Both the position numbers and the translations under genes were made by a program. The notes below the pieces were generated by a model. The model ran no database searches. It saw only the letters and a program-made list of their open reading frames with translations, and was not told where the DNA came from. Source: a virus (lineage: Duplodnaviria > Caudoviricetes). Taken from it: a stretch of 25,082 nt of DNA. The stretch lies in IMG/VR virus record IMGVR_UViG_3300030376_002890, positions 1 through 25,082 of that record; one strand, written 5' to 3'. Shown one piece after another: positions 17,646 to 24,092 of this stretch (position 1 is its first letter; every line of letters begins with the position of its first letter).

Positions 17646-17757
17646 TCAAGTCGTCTCCTGCGTCCTTGTTTGGTGTGTATGTGAAATCGTAACATTGTGC
17701 TAGCTCTGGGTAAGCTTCACTTAATTCTTCAAATTGATCAATCAAAATTAAACTCAT
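17629..17757 (-). CDS. Small acidic hypothetical protein (42 aa)
   Basis: Hand translation gives MSLILIDQFEELSEAYPELAQCYDFTYTPNKDAGDDLIADSD. Fills the gap before RNAP. Confidence 0.5.
   Translation of the reverse strand: MSLILIDQFEELSEAYPELAQCYDFTYTPNKDAGDDLIADSD
17658..17683 (-). repeat. CACATWCACACCA..CAAGGACGCAG leader motif, copy before RNAP
   Basis: Near-identical to 18335-18359. Both copies end 6-12 nt before a start codon. Confidence 0.7.
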
Positions 17758-18055
17758 TTGGGTTATGTGGTGTAATAAATTGTAATTCAGAATCTGTACA
17801 TACGACAAACTCAGACTTATCAGCCATCAACTGCTTAACTTTATTTTTAGCAGCATGTTGTTTCTGATACGTGTACTCTTTGATCTTACCTTTAGATGTA
17901 GTTTCTCTGATGATACAACAAACAGAGGAGGGTAGTTCCCAACCTCTGAGTTTCCAATCTACAAATTCTTCATAGGTTGGAGCATATAAAAACTCATCAG
18001 GTACTTCCTTCCATTGGCGCCAGTTGTTAGGTAGATACGGTTTCTTACCAGTCAT
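17738..18055 (-). CDS. Conserved cyanopodovirus early protein of unknown function
   Basis: PNNWRQWK...WELPSSVCCIIRE...KEYTYQ. Start likely at MTGKKPY (18055). Confidence 0.75.
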   Translation of the reverse strand: MTGKKPYLPNNWRQWKEVPDEFLYAPTYEEFVDWKLRGWELPSSVCCIIRETTSKGKIKEYTYQKQHAAKNKVKQLMADKSEFVVCTDSELQFITPHNPNEFNFD

Positions 18056-18209
18056 CGTCATCCAGATAAACATCTTTTAGTTTAGAAGAGCCACCGGACA
18101 ATTCAACAGCAGCGTGTAACGCGTGCTCCAAATCGGGTGCAAGTAACCACTGCACCTGCTCGTCTGTTGTGACATAGCGCCACGTCTTAAGGCGTTGTTT
18201 CTTTAGCAT
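18045..18209 (-). CDS. Small hypothetical protein (54 aa)
   Basis: Hand translation gives MLKKQRLKTWRYVTTDEQVQWLLAPDLEHALHAAVELSGGSSKLKDVYLDDDDW. TAATG coupling. Confidence 0.72.
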   Translation of the reverse strand: MLKKQRLKTWRYVTTDEQVQWLLAPDLEHALHAAVELSGGSSKLKDVYLDDDDW

Positions 18210-18328
18210 TATTTCTTTGAATAGTAACGTGATGTGATACGATTAGAACGCTGATAAATAACAGCAGTTGAGAACAATCCTACCATACCAATGATGGCAA
18301 GGATGATCGTTGATTCATCCCATTGCAT
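18209..18328 (-). CDS. Small single-pass membrane protein (39 aa)
   Basis: Hand translation gives MQWDESTIILAIIGMVGLFSTAVIYQRSNRITSRYYSKK, one hydrophobic helix plus a basic tail. Confidence 0.7.
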   Translation of the reverse strand: MQWDESTIILAIIGMVGLFSTAVIYQRSNRITSRYYSKK

Positions 18329-18334
18329 AAAAAA

Positions 18335-18359
18335 CTGCGTCCTTGCTGGTGTGAATGTG
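18335..18359 (-). repeat. CACATWCACACCA..CAAGGACGCAG leader motif, second copy
   Basis: Matches 17658-17683. Confidence 0.7.
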
Positions 18360-18369
18360 TTGAATGTGA

Positions 18370-18398
18370 TTGACAAAAATACCGCCGCTAAATATAAT
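18370..18398 (+). promoter_or_regulatory. Perfect consensus sigma70 promoter, antisense to the phage genes
   Basis: TTGACA (18370-75), a 17-nt spacer and TATAAT (18393-98). Confidence 0.7.
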
Positions 18399-18409
18399 AA
18401 TAGCGACGG
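18375..18409 (-). terminator. Terminator-like hairpin ending the first early transcription unit
   Basis: Minus-strand RNA CCGUCGCUA-(10-nt loop)-UAGCGGCGG-UAUUUUU. The G-U pair works only on the minus strand. Confidence 0.55.
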
Positions 18410-18419
18410 ATTGTGATTA

Positions 18420-18482
18420 GATTGTAATAAGAATTACAAATTAATTAAATTTGATTGTAATAAGAATTACAAATTAATTAAA
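18420..18482. repeat. Two exact 30-bp direct repeats, each holding a palindromic NtcA-like box (TGTA-N8-TACA)
   Basis: GATTGTAATAAGAATTACAAATTAATTAAA at 18420-18449 and 18453-18482. GTA-N8-TAC at 18424-37 and 18457-70. Confidence 0.85.
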
Positions 18483-18813
18483 AGTTTTGATTAAAGAAAT
18501 AATATTCAGAATCAAAATACACAGAAAAGAAATCGTATTTTAATGTTTGATGCCACACTAATTCCCAATCAATGGCATACTGTACCCAAGTAGGTAATGC
18601 ATCCATCTCAGAAGAATAGGTATCACTCATCAAATCTTCACAGAATGTTGCCTCGTCACGATAACAACCAGCATACGCATCTTCGAGTTGTTCGATGTCA
18701 GTGATACCGTACGATGTCAACTCCTCCATGAATTGCTCAATGTCAGTAACTGACTCAGAGTCAATAACTTTGGAGATGGCTTCTTCGTAGCGTGAAAGAG
18801 TTGGTGCAATCAT
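18478..18813 (-). CDS. ArdA-like acidic antirestriction (DNA-mimic) protein
   Basis: Very acidic. EDAYAGCYRDEATFCEDL...LPTWVQYAIDWE..W resembles the ArdA C-terminal domain. Early-region position. Start at 18813 or 18846. Confidence 0.65.
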   Translation of the reverse strand: MIAPTLSRYEEAISKVIDSESVTDIEQFMEELTSYGITDIEQLEDAYAGCYRDEATFCEDLMSDTYSSEMDALPTWVQYAIDWELVWHQTLKYDFFSVYFDSEYYFFNQNF

Positions 18814-18855
18814 AGTTGTGTGAATGTGTTGTTTGATGAGTGACAAGTTAGTTAA

Positions 18856-19095
18856 TCAAGCAAGAGTGAAAGAAGAAACATCGGTGTCATTGAGGCAGTA
18901 CTCGTTAACCCACTTACCGAATGATTTGACATTGCCAAAGATAACATCGAACATACCATCTTCGCTAACATTGCTGTATAGATACTGCCTGTTATTGTTG
19001 AACGTTACCAATGCTTGATTTGTTGCTTGGTTTACTTCAAGATTCTTGATTGCAGAAGACTTTATGCTGTTACGCGCAGAAGGTGTGAAGAACAT
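18856..19095 (-). CDS. KTSC-domain-like early protein
   Basis: SSAIKNL...LVTFNNNRQYLYSNVS...SFGKWVN follows the KTSC pattern. Confidence 0.65.
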   Translation of the reverse strand: MFFTPSARNSIKSSAIKNLEVNQATNQALVTFNNNRQYLYSNVSEDGMFDVIFGNVKSFGKWVNEYCLNDTDVSSFTLA

Positions 19096-19130
19096 AATAA
19101 AACAATAGAGTGAATAAGTAGGGTGTGAAA

Positions 19131-19163
19131 CCTACATCTAACCACCGAAGTGGCTAGAGGTAA
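19131..19163 (-). promoter_or_regulatory. Intergenic UUCG-capped long hairpin (possible RNase III or stability element)
   Basis: TTACC-TCTAGCCAC-TTCG-GTGGTTAGA-TGTAG with no U-tract, between two early genes. Confidence 0.55.
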
Positions 19164-19166
19164 GCA

Positions 19167-19385
19167 TCAACTATGGTTAGCGATGAACTCGTCGAGAGTG
19201 TAACCGTCGTCGGTGTCAGTGTCAGCAACTAGCTGATCATAAGACAATACATCTAACGAAGCACGATAGTCAGCAGGTGACATGTCAACGTCAGGATCGA
19301 AGTCGTCATGGCAAAGATAGTCATACTCATGACACAATGCGTCGATGAGTTGTACACGTGTGTATGTGATACTAGACATAATCAA
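19167..19385 (-). CDS. Small acidic early protein
   Basis: 72-aa Asp-rich ORF with an ATGA overlap with the upstream gene. Confidence 0.75.
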   Translation of the reverse strand: MIMSSITYTRVQLIDALCHEYDYLCHDDFDPDVDMSPADYRASLDVLSYDQLVADTDTDDGYTLDEFIANHS

Positions 19386-19672
19386 GCAGCAGATTGAAGA
19401 GTGAGAGGATTAGCATCGAAGTTGTCTGCACACTTACTATCATAAGCGAGACAATACTTGTTAACCCATGAACCGAGACTGATTGTATCTTCTAACAATA
19501 GTTTAAGGATAGCACGACGACTAACATTGTTGTAAGCATAACGCTTAACACTCTTGTTAGTGTTCTTGTAGTACACAGTACACCAACCACACCAAGGATT
19601 AACAATGATGTAATCAATGAAGGATGAAGAACGAATGATAACAAACGCTTTGTTGAGTGGATTAGAAAGCAT
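19382..19672 (-). CDS. KTSC-domain-like early protein (paralog of 18856-19095)
   Basis: SSSFIDYI...YAYNNVS...SLGSWVNKYCL. Start moved to MLSNPL, downstream of promoter P3. Confidence 0.62.
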   Translation of the reverse strand: MLSNPLNKAFVIIRSSSFIDYIIVNPWCGWCTVYYKNTNKSVKRYAYNNVSRRAILKLLLEDTISLGSWVNKYCLAYDSKCADNFDANPLTLQSAA

Positions 19673-19697
19673 AGTGTGATTGATTGAGTACTTAGTT

Positions 19698-19726
19698 AGT
19701 ATGGCAGAGAATGGAGTGAAAGTCAA
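19698..19726 (-). promoter_or_regulatory. Host sigma70 early promoter P3
   Basis: TTGACT-17 nt (ending TGC)-CATACT. Confidence 0.85.
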
Positions 19727-19896
19727 GCGGTAGTGGACAGTTCCTCACGTGTCATGTGGTATTGGTAGTTACCATTAGACATACGCGCACGTTGTAGCGC
19801 ACGCTCTGCATCATACTGTGCAGTGTAGTAATCGAAATCTTTGGATACACCGTTAGCGGTGCGAGTTAAGACGAAACGGAATGGTTGTTTGTTCAT
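19723..19896 (-). CDS. Early hypothetical protein (57 aa), probably leaderless
   Basis: MNKQPFRFVLTRTANG... The ATG begins at the 7th nt after the -10 box of P2. Confidence 0.7.
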   Translation of the reverse strand: MNKQPFRFVLTRTANGVSKDFDYYTAQYDAERALQRARMSNGNYQYHMTREELSTTA

Positions 19897-19902
19897 GCTT
19901 AC

Positions 19903-19931
19903 AGTATGGCATAGAATCGGTGGGAAGTCAA
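19903..19931 (-). promoter_or_regulatory. Host sigma70 early promoter P2
   Basis: TTGACT-17 nt (ending TGC)-CATACT. Confidence 0.85.
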
Positions 19932-19934
19932 TGG

Positions 19935-20090
19935 TTAGTGTGCACTTTGCCAACTGTCACACTCTCCAGTAATACCATCTAAGTAATCTGCAATCATATA
20001 AAACCACATGTCATTTTCATAGCAATCATTCATACCACTGTACCACATAACATCAACAGTTTCATCGATTTGTTGTTGCTTAGAGTTCAT
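19935..20090 (-). CDS. Small acidic early protein (51 aa)
   Basis: Hand translation gives MNSKQQQIDETVDVMWYSGMNDCYENDMWFYMIADYLDGITGECDSWQSAH. Ends just before P2. Confidence 0.62.
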   Translation of the reverse strand: MNSKQQQIDETVDVMWYSGMNDCYENDMWFYMIADYLDGITGECDSWQSAH

Positions 20091-20232
20091 GAAATACCTC
20101 GATTGTGTTAGTTACAATAATACCATTTAGTTTTGCTGGTTTGTTTCGTTTAGCACGCTTCTGTACATCACACCATAATAGTGTACGCATTGGTTTATCG
20201 TGAAGTGTGAATGTGGTTTCTTTTAATCTCAT
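20080..20232 (-). CDS. Small basic early protein (50 aa)
   Basis: MRLKETTFTLHDKPMRTLLW... The ATG is 1 nt after the upstream stop. Confidence 0.65.
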   Translation of the reverse strand: MRLKETTFTLHDKPMRTLLWCDVQKRAKRNKPAKLNGIIVTNTIEVFHEL

Positions 20233-20233
20233 T

Positions 20234-20554
20234 TTACTTGAACACATATCCTGACTCAAACTCAACAACCTCGTTGTTATCTTTGATAAACCATTGATAA
20301 TCTTTCTGAAATACACCATCAGTTAATGCATCACAGAATTCATTGATGATAACATTGAGACGAGATTTAGTCGTGTTAGTACGCCATCCACCATCAAATA
20401 CTCTGACGTTGTTATCAGTCACTGTCGCAATGTGATTGCCGTGAAGATACACAAGTGATGCATTGTTGTCGTTAGTGTATACCTCAGTATTTGCCTTATG
20501 CCAACACTTTCCCAACTTGATTGCACTGATCATGTCACGTTCAATCTGTCGCAT
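20234..20554 (-). CDS. First early gene, conserved phage hypothetical protein
   Basis: MRQIERDMISAI...VYLHGNHIA...DGGWRTNTTKSRLN...GVFQKDYQWF. GGAGAG RBS, downstream of P1. Confidence 0.8.
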   Translation of the reverse strand: MRQIERDMISAIKLGKCWHKANTEVYTNDNNASLVYLHGNHIATVTDNNVRVFDGGWRTNTTKSRLNVIINEFCDALTDGVFQKDYQWFIKDNNEVVEFESGYVFK

Positions 20555-20578
20555 TGTCTCTCCGTTTGGTATACATAT

Positions 20579-20607
20579 AGTATGGCACAGTGTACAACCA
20601 AAGTCAA
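20579..20607 (-). promoter_or_regulatory. Host sigma70 early promoter P1
   Basis: TTGACT-17 nt (ending TGC)-CATACT. Confidence 0.85.
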
Positions 20608-20639
20608 TGGGTAGTAGACAGTACGTTAACTGGCGCAAC

Positions 20640-20859
20640 AGATGTTGTGCGATATTTACACGTATCCGTGTACCACGTTAAATATTATTTAGCAGCGTCA
20701 TCGCTCGCGCTACGCGCTCGCTAATTGCGCCAAATGTTTGCACATAATGAACATTATTGCAGAAGCGAGCGAAGCGAGCGGCAACGATTAGTATATTTTA
20801 TACCCCTATGGGGGTTTTATAAGTAATACTTATATGATATATGGGTTCACAAATTTATG
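20640..20859. other. Probable genome terminus / terminal-repeat region (non-coding, palindrome-rich)
   Basis: Separates the last late genes from the first early promoter. Contains GCGAGCG repeats and several inverted repeats. Confidence 0.65.
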
Positions 20860-21045
20860 TCATTTTTTAAGGAGCCTTTGCTCGTTAGCGTAAGGTTCCG
20901 ACATAACAAAAGAGGTATAATCGTTAAAATACTGTGGAAAATAGGACCAAACAGGTAAGCACTGTTTAATATTATGATAATTTGAGGTACACATAGTAAT
21001 AAACAGTGCTAAGCAGTTAAGAGCTTGTTGAATTGAGACTATCAC
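20860..21045 (-). CDS. Hypothetical protein (61 aa)
   Basis: ORF overlapping the thyX end, GTG start, last gene before the terminal region. Confidence 0.5.
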   Translation of the reverse strand: MIVSIQQALNCLALFITMCTSNYHNIKQCLPVWSYFPQYFNDYTSFVMSEPYANEQRLLKK

Positions 21046-21667
21046 TGAACATTGCGTTATAAACGATAGGGAATTGCTGTTGTATAAGAGATTTAACGTT
21101 ATCAGCTATCAATTTGTGTTCATATTGTGTACCATTAGCACATCTAAGGTCAGTATAGTGCAACCAGGAGCGCAGGGTACCGTTCATATAGAGTTTAGTG
21201 GGTGTTGATAGGGGAAGGATGTCTCTTGCACACTCTTTAGCGACACCATGATCTAACATATCAGTATATAAGTCTAGGGATTGCTTATATAGATTTTGAG
21301 TACGCATTTCAAACTGTTGTGTAAGGAATGGATCTAGATCATCAATACTATTCTGTCTATTTTTAGTATCTTGTCTACGCAGGTTAGGCAGTTGTGGAGT
21401 ATTAACGACTTGAGCGTAACGTTGGGAGAATTCTTGAAAGGAGAAGGAGCGGTGACGAAGGATTTGACTAGCAACACTTCGGGTTGTGTCAATCTGTACA
21501 CACATATTAACCATTTCAAAGGGAGACCAATGCTTATGTTTAATTAGATATTTAATAAGACCTGTATAATTATCATTATTTTGATTAGATGGGTTAGATA
21601 CTCTAGCCATATAAGCTATTAATGATTCAGCATCGGGTGTTACGTGAACGAGTTCTACGTTATGCAT
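21017..21667 (-). CDS. thyX: Flavin-dependent thymidylate synthase
   Basis: HWSPFE, RHRSFSFQEFSQRY (RHRx7S) and AKECARDILP motifs. Confidence 0.96.
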   Translation of the reverse strand: MHNVELVHVTPDAESLIAYMARVSNPSNQNNDNYTGLIKYLIKHKHWSPFEMVNMCVQIDTTRSVASQILRHRSFSFQEFSQRYAQVVNTPQLPNLRRQDTKNRQNSIDDLDPFLTQQFEMRTQNLYKQSLDLYTDMLDHGVAKECARDILPLSTPTKLYMNGTLRSWLHYTDLRCANGTQYEHKLIADNVKSLIQQQFPIVYNAMFSDSLNSTSS

Positions 21668-21748
21668 ACAGTAGTATAAGTTGTGATGGGATTAATAAAG
21701 AGTGGTATTAGGAAGTATAATAAATACTCCAAGATTCAGTAATATTAG

Positions 21749-21782
21749 AGGAGGAATGAGAGCTTGTCTCGAATTCCTCCTT
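21749..21782. promoter_or_regulatory. Strong intergenic hairpin between terminase and thyX
   Basis: AGGAGGAAT-GAGA-GCTTG-TCTC-GA-ATTCCTCCT. Confidence 0.5.
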
Positions 21783-21832
21783 TTGAGCAGTCGGGTCCAC
21801 CCTTCCCTTCTGCCTATAGATGTGGGGTTAAG

Positions 21833-23557
21833 CTAAACCCAGGTAGGGATTGAGTTTCTAGAGTTACCTTTAGCTTGTTGTCTTTGTGTTAAATTCATAC
21901 CCAATACTAAATGATTAGCAGATGCTTGTGGGTCATCAATAAGCTCTTCTAACATAGCATTCCACTCTGTACGTTTACGATCTTTAATAGCTTCTAAGGC
22001 AGATATACCCATAGCATCTGTAAAGTATTTAATACCTTGAGAGAGAGCGTCTAATCTATCATCATGTCTAATTGCACCTTTTTCACGACACATCCTAGAC
22101 ATTTGATAGAATAACATATAGAGTAGTCGTTCTTCTGGTGCAGCATCTGGATTAGACTTAAAGTCTTTTTCAATTACGGAACGGTTAATAATGAGTCGAT
22201 GTTGATTGAGGATGGGTTCGATGGAATCAATGATTCGATCTTCTTTTCTAACATTTGCTCTGACTTCTTCAATATCAATTCCTTGTTTTGTTTGTTGAAG
22301 ATGTTTGCGGAACAACTCGCTAACAATCCCGTCACCAAAATTAGTTTCAATAAGTAACTTAGATACGCCATACTTTTTACAACCTTTTAAAATATCAAGT
22401 AATGTTTGGTCTGAGTATCCATCTCTGTAAGCACGCATTTCGTGCAAGTACAAGAAACCGTTCCGTTGGGAGATAAAAGCTGCTGCTGTTTCATCCGTTC
22501 CACGGCCCGATGGATCAACTGAGCATATTGTTTCTTGGTAAACATCCCATTCTCCTTGGAGCTGCATTGGAGAGTAGAAATAATCTCCAGGTAAACCAAC
22601 CGTTGGAAGGTCTTTGATGACGTTTTGGGGATCGGAGCACCATACAACGGATTCAGGTGCAGTAGTTGGGTTAACGCTAGTAACAATAAGATCAGCACAT
22701 TTAAGAGGGAATTTTTCTGCATCAGATAAACTTGTGTCTAACATAAATTGCAACATAAAGTTGCTACGACCCATTGATGCTTCACGTTCAATTAAATCAT
22801 CATTATCAAATCTATCATCTGTTATTTCCCATTTCTTAGCACCTTTATCAATGTCTTCGACAAGTTGTGGTGCTAGGAGACCTTCGTATTGACTAACTTT
22901 ACGAGGATATCTAGCAGGCCAAACAAATGGTTTGTAAGAACGTTCTGCTAGTTTACGATATACAGTAAATGTAGTCTGTGGTGTTCCGAGAAACATAATA
23001 CGGCTATCTGATTTAGGAGTGAGAATAGATTCAGCTTCAGTACAAAGTTGTAGAAGTTTCTCCCTCATAAATTCTGTCATTGAGTTGCCGGGAACCTCAA
23101 TGTCGTCAAGAATCATTAAGTCAGCGCGAGAACCTGTCAGTTGGCCAGTAATCCCTACAGACTTGACGGAAGGTGCTTGGTGGGGGGAACAGTTTACATC
23201 GAAACTGATTCGTGACCATCTTGAGTCGTCTGATCTGGGCTGTAAATGTTTTAACCATGAAGTTTCTATAATTAATTTTTGTAAGAAGATCGACATATTA
23301 TCTGCACGTTCTTTAGATGCAGAAATAATCATTATCTTTTTTTCGGAGTTATTAAAGAGAGTCCAAAGAACAAAAGCACCAGTAATCCAGCTCTTACCAA
23401 CTCCCCGAAATGCTTGGATCTGTAAACGCTTTGGACCGTGTTGAAGGTAATCAGCAATTGCATATTGGGCACGTGTAGGATTTGGTAGGTCGAGTTCATT
23501 CCATAATGCTTGAAGAAAAAGTTTAAAATCACTCTTTAATAGATCTAATGTATTCAT
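21833..23557 (-). CDS. terL: Terminase large subunit (T7 gp19-like)
   Basis: QAFRGVGKS Walker A, GQLTGSRADLMILDDIE, VDPSGRGTDET and HDDRLDAL. Start likely at MNTLDLL (23557). Confidence 0.96.
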   Translation of the reverse strand: MNTLDLLKSDFKLFLQALWNELDLPNPTRAQYAIADYLQHGPKRLQIQAFRGVGKSWITGAFVLWTLFNNSEKKIMIISASKERADNMSIFLQKLIIETSWLKHLQPRSDDSRWSRISFDVNCSPHQAPSVKSVGITGQLTGSRADLMILDDIEVPGNSMTEFMREKLLQLCTEAESILTPKSDSRIMFLGTPQTTFTVYRKLAERSYKPFVWPARYPRKVSQYEGLLAPQLVEDIDKGAKKWEITDDRFDNDDLIEREASMGRSNFMLQFMLDTSLSDAEKFPLKCADLIVTSVNPTTAPESVVWCSDPQNVIKDLPTVGLPGDYFYSPMQLQGEWDVYQETICSVDPSGRGTDETAAAFISQRNGFLYLHEMRAYRDGYSDQTLLDILKGCKKYGVSKLLIETNFGDGIVSELFRKHLQQTKQGIDIEEVRANVRKEDRIIDSIEPILNQHRLIINRSVIEKDFKSNPDAAPEERLLYMLFYQMSRMCREKGAIRHDDRLDALSQGIKYFTDAMGISALEAIKDRKRTEWNAMLEELIDDPQASANHLVLGMNLTQRQQAKGNSRNSIPTWV

Positions 23558-24035
23558 CGTTTCTCCAAGTTTTAGGTCCAAAGGGTTTATTAGGTAAATG
23601 TTGTTTAACTGTAAAATTTTGTCTGTCAGTTACAAACATAGGATCATAACTTAAAGATTCATAACGTATGTCAAACCAACGATTATTATCTAATTCTTTT
23701 TTTAAAAAATCAATATATCTGTAGCTATGTCCAACATAATTACGGTAAAAATTAGAATCACCTATGTAATCTTTGTACCATTCTATACGTTCCATACTTT
23801 TTACAATATCATCGACATTACGATACATAAAAGCAAATTGAGCAGTAGGAAACATATAAGATACTTCTAAAATAGCTTTAAGTATAAAAGGAGCTTGTAT
23901 AACACTGTTTATAGGTATGTCAGGGTTATACTTAAGCTCATCAATAAACTTTCTACCAGTTTGTCTGGCTATGATGTGGCTAGCAAGCCGTGAGCCTGCT
24001 CTCTGTGGGCCTGTAACAAAGATTGGGTGGGTCAT
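23529..24035 (-). CDS. Sulfotransferase-like P-loop protein
   Basis: IFVTGPQRAGS (5'-PSB-like), MYRNVDDIVKS (3'-PB-like RxxxDxxxS) and IRYESL. Confidence 0.62.
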   Translation of the reverse strand: MTHPIFVTGPQRAGSRLASHIIARQTGRKFIDELKYNPDIPINSVIQAPFILKAILEVSYMFPTAQFAFMYRNVDDIVKSMERIEWYKDYIGDSNFYRNYVGHSYRYIDFLKKELDNNRWFDIRYESLSYDPMFVTDRQNFTVKQHLPNKPFGPKTWRNDEYIRSIKE

Positions 24036-24092
24036 AGGTACAATCTAGCGTAGAGTAGGTGGAAGGGTGGTTAGAGGGGCTTACAGGAGGGT

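Noticed and set aside
18420-18482. Direct repeats as a CRISPR array
   Set aside because: Only two copies separated by 3 nt, with no spacer and no cas genes.
19131-19163. Intrinsic terminator call for the UUCG hairpin
   Set aside because: It lacks a following U-tract, so it is kept only as a possible processing or stability hairpin.
21711-21730. Another NtcA box (GTATAATAAATAC)
   Set aside because: Spacing is GTA-N7-TAC, not N8.
1213-23444. Plus-strand ORFs and out-of-frame minus-strand ORFs in the track (e.g. 1213-1485, 1850-2191, 6656-7012, 14725-15108, 23019-23444)
   Set aside because: They are shadows of well-supported genes, with no recognisable motifs or translational coupling.
21797-24070. 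10-bp inverted repeat CCACCCTTCC / GGAAGGGTGG flanking the terminase and sulfotransferase-like genes as mobile-element ends
   Set aside because: Short and low-complexity, with no transposase or recombinase and no target duplication. The enclosed terminase is a core gene.
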